Assembly (NCBI GenBank): GCA_964247055.1
Contig: OZ176050.1
Span: 1,736,001-1,800,000, forward strand
Reading direction: 5' to 3'
From: Paragordius varius
Lineage: Eukaryota; Animalia; Nematomorpha
Length of the DNA stretch: 64,000 nt
The notes under the pieces are model-generated. The model made no database searches. It saw only the letters and a program-made list of their open reading frames with translations, and was not told the origin of the DNA. Both the position numbers and the translations under genes were made by a program. This document shows, one piece after another, positions 1 to 12,148 of this stretch; position 1 is the first letter of the stretch, and each line of letters opens with the position of its first letter.

Positions 1-158
1 GATTTTTACAACGATACTTTAAAAATTAATGTGCTCAAGTTAAATTTTGTCCTTAAAAATCGGATATTGGTCACCGGTGAACAAAATTATTTTTTATACA
101 TTCTCTTAGTAAGACTACATCAAAATATAAAGATAGTTTGACAAACTCTTTCATATCC

Positions 159-336
159 GATTTTTACAACGATACTTTAAAAATTAATGTATAAAACTAG
201 TCGCATCAATACTCAAGTTAAACTTTGTCCTTAAAAATCGGATATTGGTCACCGGTGAACAAAATTATTTTTTATACATTCTCTTAGCAAGACTACATCA
301 AAATATAGAGATAGTTTGACAAACTCTTTCATATCC
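159..336 (+). repeat. Representative canonical 178-bp monomer
   Basis: Counted directly: 178 bp with 50 G+C (28% GC). It contains SpeI (ACTAGT), BstEII (GGTCACC), AgeI/SgrAI (CACCGGTG) and DraI (TTTAAA) sites. Confidence 0.97.
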
Positions 337-527
337 GATTTTTACAACGATACTTTAAAAATTAATGTATAAAACTAGTCGTATCAATAAATCGCATCAA
401 TACTCAAGTTAAACTTTGTCCTTAAAAATCGGATATTGGTCACCGGTGAACAAAATTATTTTTTATACATTCTCTTAGTAGGACTACATCAAAATATAGA
501 GATAGTTTGGCAAACTCTTTCATATCC
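337..527 (+). repeat. Representative long 191-bp monomer (13-bp internal tandem duplication)
   Basis: Reads ACTAGTCGTATCAATAAATCGCATCAATACTC versus canonical ACTAGTCGCATCAATACTC, i.e. +13 bp. This class recurs throughout the window. Confidence 0.96.
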
Positions 528-896
528 GATTTTTACAATGATACTTTAAAATATAATGTATAAAACTAGTCGCATCAATACTCAAGTTAAACTTTGTCCT
601 TAAAAATCGAATATTGGTCACCGGTGAACAAAATTATTTTTTATACATTCTCTTAGCAAGACTACATCAAAATATAGAGATAGTTTGACAAACTCTTTCA
701 TATCCGATTTTTACAACGATACTTTAAAAATTAATGTATAAAACTAGTTGTATCAATAAATCGCATCAATACTCAAGTTAAACTTTGTCCTTAAAAATCG
801 GATATTGGTCACCGGTGAACAAAACTATTTTTTATACATTCTCTTAGTAGGACTACATCAAAATATAGAGATAGTTTGGCAAAATCTTTCATATCC

Positions 897-3800
897 GATT
901 TTTACAACGATACTTTAAAAATTATGGTATTAAACCTGTCGCATCAATACTCAAGTTAAACTTTGTCCTTAAAAATCGGATATTGGTCACCGGTGAATAA
1001 AATTATTTTTTATACATTCTCTTAGTAAGACTACATCAAAATATAGAGATAGTTTGACAAACTCTTTCATATCCGATTTTTACAACGATACTTTAAAAAT
1101 TAATGTACTCAAGTTAAATTTTGTCCTTAAAAATCGGATATTGGTCACCGGTGAACAAAATTATTTTTTATACATTCTCTTTGTAGGACTACATCAAAAT
1201 ATAGAGATAGTTTGGCAAACTCTTTCATATCCGATTTTTACAACGATACTTTAAAAATTAATGTATAAAACTAGTCGCATCAATACTCAAGTTAAACTTT
1301 GTCCTTAAAAATCGAATATTGGTCACCGGTGAACAAAATTATTTTTTATACATTCTCTTAGCAAGACTAGATCAAAATATAGAGATAGTTTGACAAACTC
1401 TTTCATATCTGATTTTTACAACGATACTTTAAAAATTAATGTGTTAAACTAGTCGCATCAATACTCAAGTTAAACTTTGTCCTTAAAAATCGGATATTGG
1501 TCACCGGTGAACAAAATTATTTTTTATACATTCTCTTAGCAAGACTACATCAAAATATAGAGATAGTTTGACAAACTCTTTCATATCCGATTTTTACAAC
1601 GATACTTTAAAAATTAATGTGTTAAACTAGTTGCATCAATACTCAAGTTAAACTTTGTCCTTAAAAATCGGATATTGGTCACCGGTGAACAAAATTATTT
1701 TTTATACATTCTCTTAGCAAGACTAGATCAAAATATAGAGATAGTTTGACAAACTCTTTCATATCTGATTTTTACAACGATACTTTAAAAATTAATGTGT
1801 TAAACTAGTCGCATCAATACTCAAGTTAAACTTTGTCCTTAAAAATCGGATATTGGTCACCGGTGAACAAAATTATTTTTTATACATTCTCTTAGCAAGA
1901 CTACATCAAAATATAGAGATAGTTTGACAAACTCTTTCATATCCGATTTTTACAACGATACTTTAAAAATTAATGTATAAAACTAGTTGTATCAATAAAT
2001 CGCATCAATACTCAAGTTAAACTTTGTCCTTAAAAATCGGATATTGGTCACCATGAACAAAACTATTTTTTATACATTCTCTTAGTAGGACTACATCAAA
2101 ATATAGAGATAGTTTGGCAAAATCTTTCATATCCGATTTTTACAACGATACTTTAAAAATTATGGTATTAAACCTGTCGCATCAATACTCAAGTTAAACT
2201 TTGTCCTTAAAAATCGGATATTGGTCACCGGTGAACAAAATTATTTTTTATACATTCTCTTAGCAAGACTACATCAAAATATAGAGATAGTTTGACAAAC
2301 TCTTTCATATTCGATTTTTACAACGATACTTTATAAATTAATGTATTAAACTAGTCGCATCAATACTCAAATTAAACTTTGTCCTTAAAAATCGAATATT
2401 GGTCACCGGTGAACAAAATTATTTTTTATACATTCTCTTAGTAAGACTACATCAAAATATAGAGATAGTTTGACAAACTCTTTCATATCCGATTTTTACA
2501 ACGATATTTTAAAAATTAATGTGCTCAAGTTAAATTTTGTCCTTAAAAATCGGATATTGGTCACCGGTGAACAAAATTATTTTTTATACATTCTCTTAGT
2601 AAGACTACATCAAAATATAAAGATAGTTTGACAAACTCTTTCATATCGGATTTTTACAACGATACTTTAAAAATTAATGTATAAAACTAGTCGCATCAAT
2701 ACTCAAGTTAAACTTTGTCCTTAAAAATCGGATATTGGTCACCGGTGAACAAAATTATTTTTTATACATTCTCTTAGCAAGACTACATCAAAATATAGAG
2801 ATAGTTTGACAAACTCTTTCATATCCGATTTTTACAACGATACTTTAAAAATTAATGTATAAAACTAGTCGTATCAATAAATCGCATCAATACTCAAGTT
2901 AAACTTTGTCCTTAAAAATCGGATATTGGTCACCGGTGAACAAAATTATTTTTTATACATTCTCTTAGTAGGACTACATCAAAATATAGAGATAGTTTGG
3001 CAAACTTTTTCATATCCGATTTTTACAACGATACTTTATAAATTAATGTATAAAACTAGTCGTATCAATAAGTCGCATCAATACTCAAGTTAAACTTTGT
3101 CCTTAAAAATCGGATATTGGTCACCGATGAACAAAATTATTTTTTAAACATTCTCTTAGTAGGACTACATCAAAATATAGAGATAGTTTGACAAACTCTT
3201 TCATATCCGATTTTTACAACGATACTTTAAAAATTAATGTATAAAACTAGTCGCATCAATACTCAAGTTAAACTTTGTCCTTAAAAATCGAATATTGGTC
3301 ACCGGTGAACAAAATTATGTTTTATACATTCTCTTAGTAAGACTACATCAAAATATAGAGATAGTTTGACAAACTCTTTCATATCCGATTTTTACAACGA
3401 TACTTTAAAAATTAATGTGCTCAAGTTAAATTTTGTCCTTAAAAATCGGATATTGGTCACCGGTGAACAAAATTATTTTTTATACATTCTCTTAGTAAGA
3501 CTACATCAAAATATAAAGATAGTTTGACAAACTCTTTCATATCCGATTTTTACAACGATACTTTAAAAATTAATGTATAAAACTAGTCGCATCAATACTC
3601 AAGTTAAACTTTGTCCTTAAAAATCGGATATTGGTCACCGGTGAACAAAATTATTTTTTATACATTCTCTTAGAAGGACTACATCAAAATATAGAGATAG
3701 TTTGACAAACTCTTTCATATCCGATTTTTACAACGATACTTTAAAAATTAATGTATAAAACTAGTCGTATCAATAAATCGCATCAATACTCAAGTTAAAC

Positions 3801-6800
3801 TTTGTCCTTAAAAATCGGATATTGGTCACCGGTGAACAAAATTATTTTTTATACATTCTCTTAGTAGGACTACATCAAAATATAGAGATAGTTTGGCAAA
3901 CTCTTTCTTATCCGATTTTTTCAATGATACTTTAAAATATAATGTATAAAACTAGTCGCATCAATACTCAAGTTAAACTTTGTCCTTAAAAATCGAATAT
4001 TGGTCACCGGTGAACAAAATTATTTTTTATACATTCTCTTAGCAAGACTACATCAAAATATAGAGATAGTTTGGCAAACTCTTTCATATCCGATTTTTAC
4101 AACGATACTTTAAAAATTAATGTATAACACTAGTTGTATCAATAAATCGCATCAATACTCAAGTTAAACTTTGTCCTTAAAAATCGGATATTGGTCACCG
4201 GTGAACAAAACTATTTTTTATACATTCTCTTAGTAGGACTACATCAAAATATAGAGATAGTTTGGCAAAATCTTTCATATCCGATTTTTACAACGATACT
4301 TTAAAAATTATGGTATTAAACCTGTCGCATCAATACTCAAGTTAAACTTTGTCCTTAAAAATCGGATATTGGTCACCGGTGAACAAAATTATTTTTTATA
4401 CATTCTCTTAGCAAGACTACATCAAAATATAGAGATAGTTTGAGAAACTCTTTCATATTCGATTTTTACAACGATACTTTATAAATTAATGTATTAAACT
4501 AGTCGCATCAATACTCAAATTAAACTTTGTCCTTAAAAATCGATATTGGTCACCGGTGAACAAAATTATTTTTTATATATTCTCTTTGTAGGACTACATC
4601 AAAATATAGAGATAGTTTGGCAAACTCTTTCATATCCGATTTTTACAACGATACTTTAAAAATTAATGTATAAAACTAGTCGCATCAATACTCAAGTTAA
4701 ACTTTGTCCTTAAAAATCGAATATTGGTCACCGGTGAACAAAATTATTTTTTATACATTCTCTGGGCAAGACTAGATCAAAATATAGAGATAGTTTGACA
4801 AACTCTTTCATATCTGATTTTTACAACGATACTTTAAAAATTAATGTGTTAAACTAGTCGCATCAATACTCAAGTTAAACTTTGTCCTTAAAAATCGGAT
4901 ATTGGTCACCGGTGAACAAAATTATTTTTTATACATTCTCTTAGCAAGACTACATCAAAATATAGAGATAGTTTGACAAACTCTTTCATATCCGATTTTT
5001 ACAACGATACTTTAAAAATTAATGTGTTAAACTAGTTGCATCAATACTCAAGTTAAACTTTGTCCTTAAAAATCGGATATTGGTCACCGGTGAACAAAAT
5101 TATTTTTTATACATTCTCTTAGCAAGACTACATCAAAATATAGAGATAGTTTGACAAACTCTTTCATATCCGATTTTTACAACGATACTTTAAAAATTAA
5201 TGTATAAAACTAGTCGTATCAATAAATCGCATCAATACTCAAGTTAAACTTTGTCCTTAAAAATCGGATATTGGTCACCGGTGAACAAAATTATTTTTTA
5301 TACATTCTCTGAGTAGGACTACATCAAAATATAGAGATAGTTTGGCAAACTCTTTCATATCCGATTTTTACAATGATACTTTAAAAATTAATGTATAAAA
5401 CTAGTCGCATCAATACTCAAGTTAAACTTTGTCCTTAAAAATCGAATATTGGTCACCGGTGAACAAAATTATTTTTTATACATTCTCTTAGTAAGACTAC
5501 ATCAAAATATAGAGATAGTTTGACAAACTCTTTCATATCCGATTTTTACAACGATACTTTAAAAATTAATGTACTCAAGTTAAATTTTGTCCTTAAAAAT
5601 GGGATATTGGTCACCGGTGAACAAAATTATTTTTTATACATTCTCTTAGTAAGACTACATCAAAATATAGAGATAGTTTGACAAACTCTTTCATATCCGA
5701 TTTTTACAACGATACTTTAAAAATTAATGTATAAAAGTCGCATCAATACTCAAGTTAAACTTTGTCCTTAAAAATCGAATATTGTTCACCGGTGAACAAA
5801 ATTATTTTTTATATATTCTCTTAGCAAGACTACATCAAAATATAGAGATAGTTTGACAAACTCTTTCATATCCGATTTTTACAACGATACTTTAAAAATT
5901 AATGTATAAAACTAGTCGCATAAAACTCAAGTTAAACTTTGTCCTTAAAAATCGAATATTGGTCACCGGTGAACAAAATTATTTTTTATACATTCTCTTA
6001 GTAAGACTACATCAAAATATAGAGATAGTTTGACAAACTCTTTCATATCCGATTTTTACAACGATACTTTAAAAATTAATGTACTCAAGTTAAATTTTGT
6101 CCTTAAAAATCGGATATTGGTCACCGGTGAACAAAATTATTTTTTATACATTCTCTTAGTAAGACTACATCAAAATATAAAGATAGTTTGACAAACTCTT
6201 TCATATCCGATTTTTACAACGATACTTTAAAAATTAATGTATAAAACTAGTCGCATCAATACTCAAGTTAAACTTTGTCCTTAAAAATCGGATATTGGTC
6301 ACCGGTGAACAAAATTATTTTTTATACTTTCTCTTAGCAAGACTACATCAAAATATAGAGATAGTTTGACAAACTTTTTCATATCCGATTTTTACAACGA
6401 TACTTTAAAAATTAATGTATAAAACTAGTCGTATCAATAAATCGCATCAATACTCAAGTTAAACTTTGTCCTTAAAAATCGGATATTGGTCACCGGTGAA
6501 CAAAATTATTTTTTATACATTCTCTTAGTAGGACTACATCAAAATATAGAGATAGTTTGGCAAACTCTTTCATATCCGATTTTTACAATGATACTTTAAA
6601 AATTAATGTATAAAACTAGTCGCATCAATACTCAAGTTAAACTTTGTCCTTAAAAATCGAATATTGGTCACCGGTGAACAAAATTATTTTTTATACATTC
6701 TCTTAGCAAGACTACATCAAAATATAGAGATAGTTTGACAAACTCTTTCATATCCGATTTTTGAACGATACTTTAAAAATTAATGTATAAAACTAGTTGT

Positions 6801-9800
6801 ATCAATAAATCGCATCAATACTCAAGTTAAACTTTGTCCTTAAAAACGGATATTGGTCACCAGTGAACAAAACTATTTTTTATACATTCTCTTAGTAGGA
6901 CTACATCAAAATATAGAGATAGTTTGGCAAAATCTTTCATATCCGATTTTTACAACGATACTTTAAAAATTATGGTATTAAACCTGTCGCATCAATACTC
7001 AAGTTAAACTTTGTCCTTAAAAATCGGATATTGGTCACCGGTGAATAAAATTATTTTTTATACATTCTCTTAGTAAGACTACATCAAAATATAGAGATAG
7101 TTTGACAAACTCTTTCATATCCGATTTTTACAACGATACTTTAAAAATTAATGTACTCAAGTTAAATTTTGTCCTTAAAAATCGGATATTGGTCACCGGT
7201 GAACAAAATTATTTTTTATACATTCTCTTTGTAGGACTACATCAAAATATAGAGATAGTTTGGCAAACTCTTTCATATCCGATTTTTACAACGATACTTT
7301 AAAAATTAATGTATAAAACTAGTCGCATCAATACTCAAGTTAAACTTTGTCCTTAAAAATCGAATATTGGTCACCGGTGAACAAAATTATTTTTTATACA
7401 TTCTCTTAGCAAGACTAGATCAAAATATAGAGATAGTTTGACAAACTCTTTCATATCTGATTTTTACAACGATACTTTAAAAATTAATGTGTTAAACTAG
7501 TCGCATCAATACTCAAGTTAAACTTTGTCCTTAAAAATCGGATATTGGTCACCGGTGAACAAAATTATTTTTTATACATTCTCTTAGCAAGACTACATCA
7601 AAATATAGAGATAGTTTGACAAACTCTTTCATATCCGATTTTTACAACGATACTTTAAAAATTAATGTGTTAAACTAGTTGCATCAATACTCAAGTTAAA
7701 CTTTGTCCTTAAAAATCGGATATTGGTCACCGGTGAACAAAATTATTTTTTATACATTCTCTTAGCAAGACTAGATCAAAATATAGAGATAGTTTGACAA
7801 ACTCTTTCATATCTGATTTTTACAACGATACTTTAAAAATTAATGTGTTAAACTAGTCGCATCAATACTCAAGTTAAACTTTGTCCTTAAAAATCGGATA
7901 TTGGTCACCGGTGAACAAAATTATTTTTTATACATTCTCTTAGCAAGACTACATCAAAATATAGAGATAGTTTGACAAACTCTTTCATATCCGATTTTTA
8001 CAACGATACTTTAAAAATTAATGTATAAAACTAGTTGTATCAATAAATCGCATCAATACTCAAGTTAAACTTTGTCCTTAAAAATCGGATATTGGTCACC
8101 GGTGAACAAAACTATTTTTTATACATTCTCTTAGTAGGACTACATCAAAATATAGAGATAGTTTGGCAAAATCTTTCATATCCGATTTTTACAACGATAC
8201 TTTAAAAATTATGGTATTAAACCTGTCGCATCAATACTCAAGTTAAACTTTGTCCTTAAAAATCGGATATTGGTCACCGGTGAACAAAATTATTTTTTAT
8301 ACATTCTCTTAGCAAGACTACATCAAAATATAGAGATAGTTTGACAAACTCTTTCATATCCGATTTTTACAACGATATTTTAAAAATTAATGTGCTCAAG
8401 TTAAATTTTGTCCTTAAAAATCGGATATTGGTCACCGGTGAACAAAATTATTTTTTATACATTCTCTTAGTAAGACTACATCAAAATATAAAGATAGTTT
8501 GACAAACTCTTTCATATCCGATTTTTACAACGATACTTTAAAAATTAATGTATAAAACTAGTCGCATCAATACTCAAGTTAAACTTTGTCCTTAAAAATC
8601 GGATATTGGTCACCGGTGAACAAAATTATTTTTTATACATTCTCTTAGCAAGACTACATCAAAATATAGAGATAGTTTGACAAACTCTTTCATATCCGAT
8701 TTTTACAACGATACTTTAAAAATTAATGTATAAAACTAGTCGTATCAATAAATCGCATCAATACTCAAGTTAAACTTTGTCCTTAAAAATCGGATATTGG
8801 TCACCGGTGAACAAAATTATTTTTTATACATTCTCTTAGTAGGACTACATCAAAATATAGAGATAGTTTGGCAAACTTTTTCATATCCGATTTTTACAAC
8901 GATACTTTATAAATTAATGTATAAAACTAGTCGTATCAATAAGTCGCATCAATACTCAAGTTAAACTTTGTCCTTAAAAATCGGATATTGGTCACCGATG
9001 AACAAAATTATTTTTTAAACATTCTCTTAGTAGGACTACATCAAAATATAGAGATAGTTTGACAAACTCTTTCATATCCGATTTTTACAACGATACTTTA
9101 AAAATTAATGTATAAAACTAGTCGCATCAATACTCAAGTTAAACTTTGTCCTTAAAAATCGAATATTGGTCACCGGTGAACAAAATTATTTTTTATACAT
9201 TCTCTTAGTAAGACTACATCAAAATATAAAGATAGTTTGACAAACTCTTTCATATCCGATTTTTACAACGATACTTTAAAAATTAATGTATAAAACTAGT
9301 CGCATCAATACTCAAGTTAAACTTTGTCCTTAAAAATCGGATATTGGTCACCGGTGAACAAAATTATTTTTTATACATTCTCTTAGAAGGACTACATCAA
9401 AATATAGAGATAGTTTGACAAACTCTTTCATATCCGATTTTTACAACGATACTTTAAAAATTAATGTATAAAACTAGTCGTATCAATAAATCGCATCAAT
9501 ACTCAAGTTAAACTTTGTCCTTAAAAATCGGATATTGGTCACCGGTGAACAAAATTATTTTTTATACATTCTCTTAGTAGGACTACATCAAAATATAGAG
9601 ATAGTTTGGCAAACTCTTTCTTATCCGATTTTTTCAATGATACTTTAAAATATAATGTATAAAACTAGTCGCATCAATACTCAAGTTAAACTTTGTCCTT
9701 AAAAATCGAATATTGGTCACCGGTGAACAAAATTATTTTTTATACATTCTCTTAGCAAGACTACATCAAAATATAGAGATAGTTTGGCAAACTCTTTCAT

Positions 9801-12148
9801 ATCCGATTTTTACAACGATACTTTAAAAATTAATGTATAACACTAGTTGTATCAATAAATCGCATCAATACTCAAGTTAAACTTTGTCCTTAAAAATCGG
9901 ATATTGGTCACCGGTGAACAAAACTATTTTTTATACATTCTCTTAGTAGGACTACATCAAAATATAGAGATAGTTTGGCAAAATCTTTCATATCCGATTT
10001 TTACAACGATACTTTAAAAATTATGGTATTAAACCTGTCGCATCAATACTCAAGTTAAACTTTGTCCTTAAAAATCGGATATTGGTCACCGGTGAACAAA
10101 ATTATTTTTTATACATTCTCTTAGCAAGACTACATCAAAATATAGAGATAGTTTGAGAAACTCTTTCATATTCGATTTTTACAACGATACTTTATAAATT
10201 AATGTATTAAACTAGTCGCATCAATACTCAAATTAAACTTTGTCCTTAAAAATCGATATTGGTCACCGGTGAACAAAATTATTTTTTATATATTCTCTTT
10301 GTAGGACTACATCAAAATATAGAGATAGTTTGGCAAACTCTTTCATATCCGATTTTTACAACGATACTTTAAAAATTAATGTATAAAACTAGTCGCATCA
10401 ATACTCAAGTTAAACTTTGTCCTTAAAAATCGAATATTGGTCACCGGTGAACAAAATTATTTTTTATACATTCTCTGGGCAAGACTAGATCAAAATATAG
10501 AGATAGTTTGACAAACTCTTTCATATCTGATTTTTACAACGATACTTTAAAAATTAATGTGTTAAACTAGTCGCATCAATACTCAAGTTAAACTTTGTCC
10601 TTAAAAATCGGATATTGGTCACCGGTGAACAAAATTATTTTTTATACATTCTCTTAGCAAGACTACATCAAAATATAGAGATAGTTTGACAAACTCTTTC
10701 ATATCCGATTTTTACAACGATACTTTAAAAATTAATGTGTTAAACTAGTTGCATCAATACTCAAGTTAAACTTTGTCCTTAAAAATCGGATATTGGTCAC
10801 CGGTGAACAAAATTATTTTTTATACATTCTCTTAGCAAGACTACATCAAAATATAGAGATAGTTTGACAAACTCTTTCATATCCGATTTTTACAACGATA
10901 CTTTAAAAATTAATGTATAAAACTAGTCGTATCAATAAATCGCATCAATACTCAAGTTAAACTTTGTCCTTAAAAATCGGATATTGGTCACCGGTGAACA
11001 AAATTATTTTTTATACATTCTCTGAGTAGGACTACATCAAAATATAGAGATAGTTTGGCAAACTCTTTCATATCCGATTTTTACAATGATACTTTAAAAA
11101 TTAATGTATAAAACTAGTCGCATCAATACTCAAGTTAAACTTTGTCCTTAAAAATCGAATATTGGTCACCGGTGAACAAAATTATTTTTTATACATTCTC
11201 TTAGTAAGACTACATCAAAATATAGAGATAGTTTGACAAACTCTTTCATATCCGATTTTTACAACGATACTTTAAAAATTAATGTACTCAAGTTAAATTT
11301 TGTCCTTAAAAATGGGATATTGGTCACCGGTGAACAAAATTATTTTTTATACATTCTCTTAGTAAGACTACATCAAAATATAAAGATAGTTTGACAAACT
11401 CTTTCATATCCGATTTTTACAACGATACTTTAAAAATTAATGTATAAAACTAGTCGCATCAATACTCAAGTTAAACTTTGTCCTTAAAAATCGGATATTG
11501 GTCACCGGTGAACAAAATTATTTTTTATACTTTCTCTTAGCAAGACTACATCAAAATATAGAGATAGTTTGACAAACTTTTTCATATCCGATTTTTACAA
11601 CGATACTTTAAAAATTAATGTATAAAACTAGTCGTATCAATAAATCGCATCAATACTCAAGTTAAACTTTGTCCTTAAAAATCGGATATTGGTCACCGGT
11701 GAACAAAATTATTTTTTATACATTCTCTTAGTAGGACTACATCAAAATATAGAGATAGTTTGGCAAACTCTTTCATATCCGATTTTTACAATGATACTTT
11801 AAAAATTAATGTATAAAACTAGTCGCATCAATACTCAAGTTAAACTTTGTCCTTAAAAATCGAATATTGGTCACCGGTGAACAAAATTATTTTTTATACA
11901 TTCTCTTAGCAAGACTACATCAAAATATAGAGATAGTTTGACAAACTCTTTCATATCCGATTTTTGAACGATACTTTAAAAATTAATGTATAAAACTAGT
12001 TGTATCAATAAATCGCATCAATACTCAAGTTAAACTTTGTCCTTAAAAATCGGATATTGGTCACCAGTGAACAAAACTATTTTTTATACATTCTCTTAGT
12101 AGGACTACATCAAAATATAGAGATAGTTTGGCAAAATCTTTCATATCC
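897..12148 (+). repeat. Higher-order tandem duplication: 34-mer copy A (897-6944, 6048 bp) and trimmed 29-mer copy B (6945-12148, 5204 bp)
   Basis: Private variants recur in the same order in both copies: TGAATAAAA, CTCTTTGTAGG, TTAGAAGG, CTTTCTTATCCGATTTTTTC, AACACTAG, TGAGAAAC, TCTGGGC, TCTGAGT. The identical ORF-track entries at 1054 and 7102 give the 6048 offset. The offsets then step to 5871, 5713 and 5204 as whole monomers drop out. Confidence 0.9.
1075..1232 (+). repeat. Representative short 158-bp monomer (20-bp deletion)
   Basis: Reads TTAATGTACTCAAG versus canonical TTAATGTATAAAACTAGTCGCATCAATACTCAAG, i.e. -20 bp, which removes the SpeI site. It is linked to the AAATTTTG variant. 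I counted about 27 copies, 25 of them before 35.1 kb. Confidence 0.96.

Noticed and set aside
159-336. Identity with Arabidopsis CEN178, Brassica CentBr or primate alpha satellite because of similar length
   Set aside because: I recognise no sequence resemblance, and I saw no HindIII (AAGCTT) site. Length alone is not evidence of homology. A BLAST/HMM search would settle it.
159-336. CENP-B box
   Set aside because: The core pattern TTCG-N4-A-N2-CGGG is absent on both strands of the consensus monomer.
159-336. 5S rRNA, tRNA or snRNA tandem genes
   Set aside because: At 28% GC, with no 5S, tRNA or snRNA motifs, Pol III boxes or cloverleaf recognised, there is no support.
159-336. 10.5-bp phased A-tracts / intrinsic curvature
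   Set aside because: A/T tracts are abundant, but their spacing did not show clear helical phasing by eye. A curvature or Fourier calculation is needed before any claim.
1054-1254. 66-aa ORF MTNSFISDFY... (identical copy at 7102-7302)
   Set aside because: It starts at TTG and is open only because the 20-bp deletion plus a TAG>TTG variant remove stops. It is pure satellite sequence, resembles no protein family I recognise, and is repeated only because of the 6048-bp duplication.
1-6050. Length compensation: 5 short and 8 long monomers give a mean of 177.9 bp over 34 monomers, matching the canonical 178
   Set aside because: It does not hold elsewhere. An 8-mer at 48202-49678 averages ~184.6 bp and the 36-42-kb domain has no short monomers, so it is probably coincidence.
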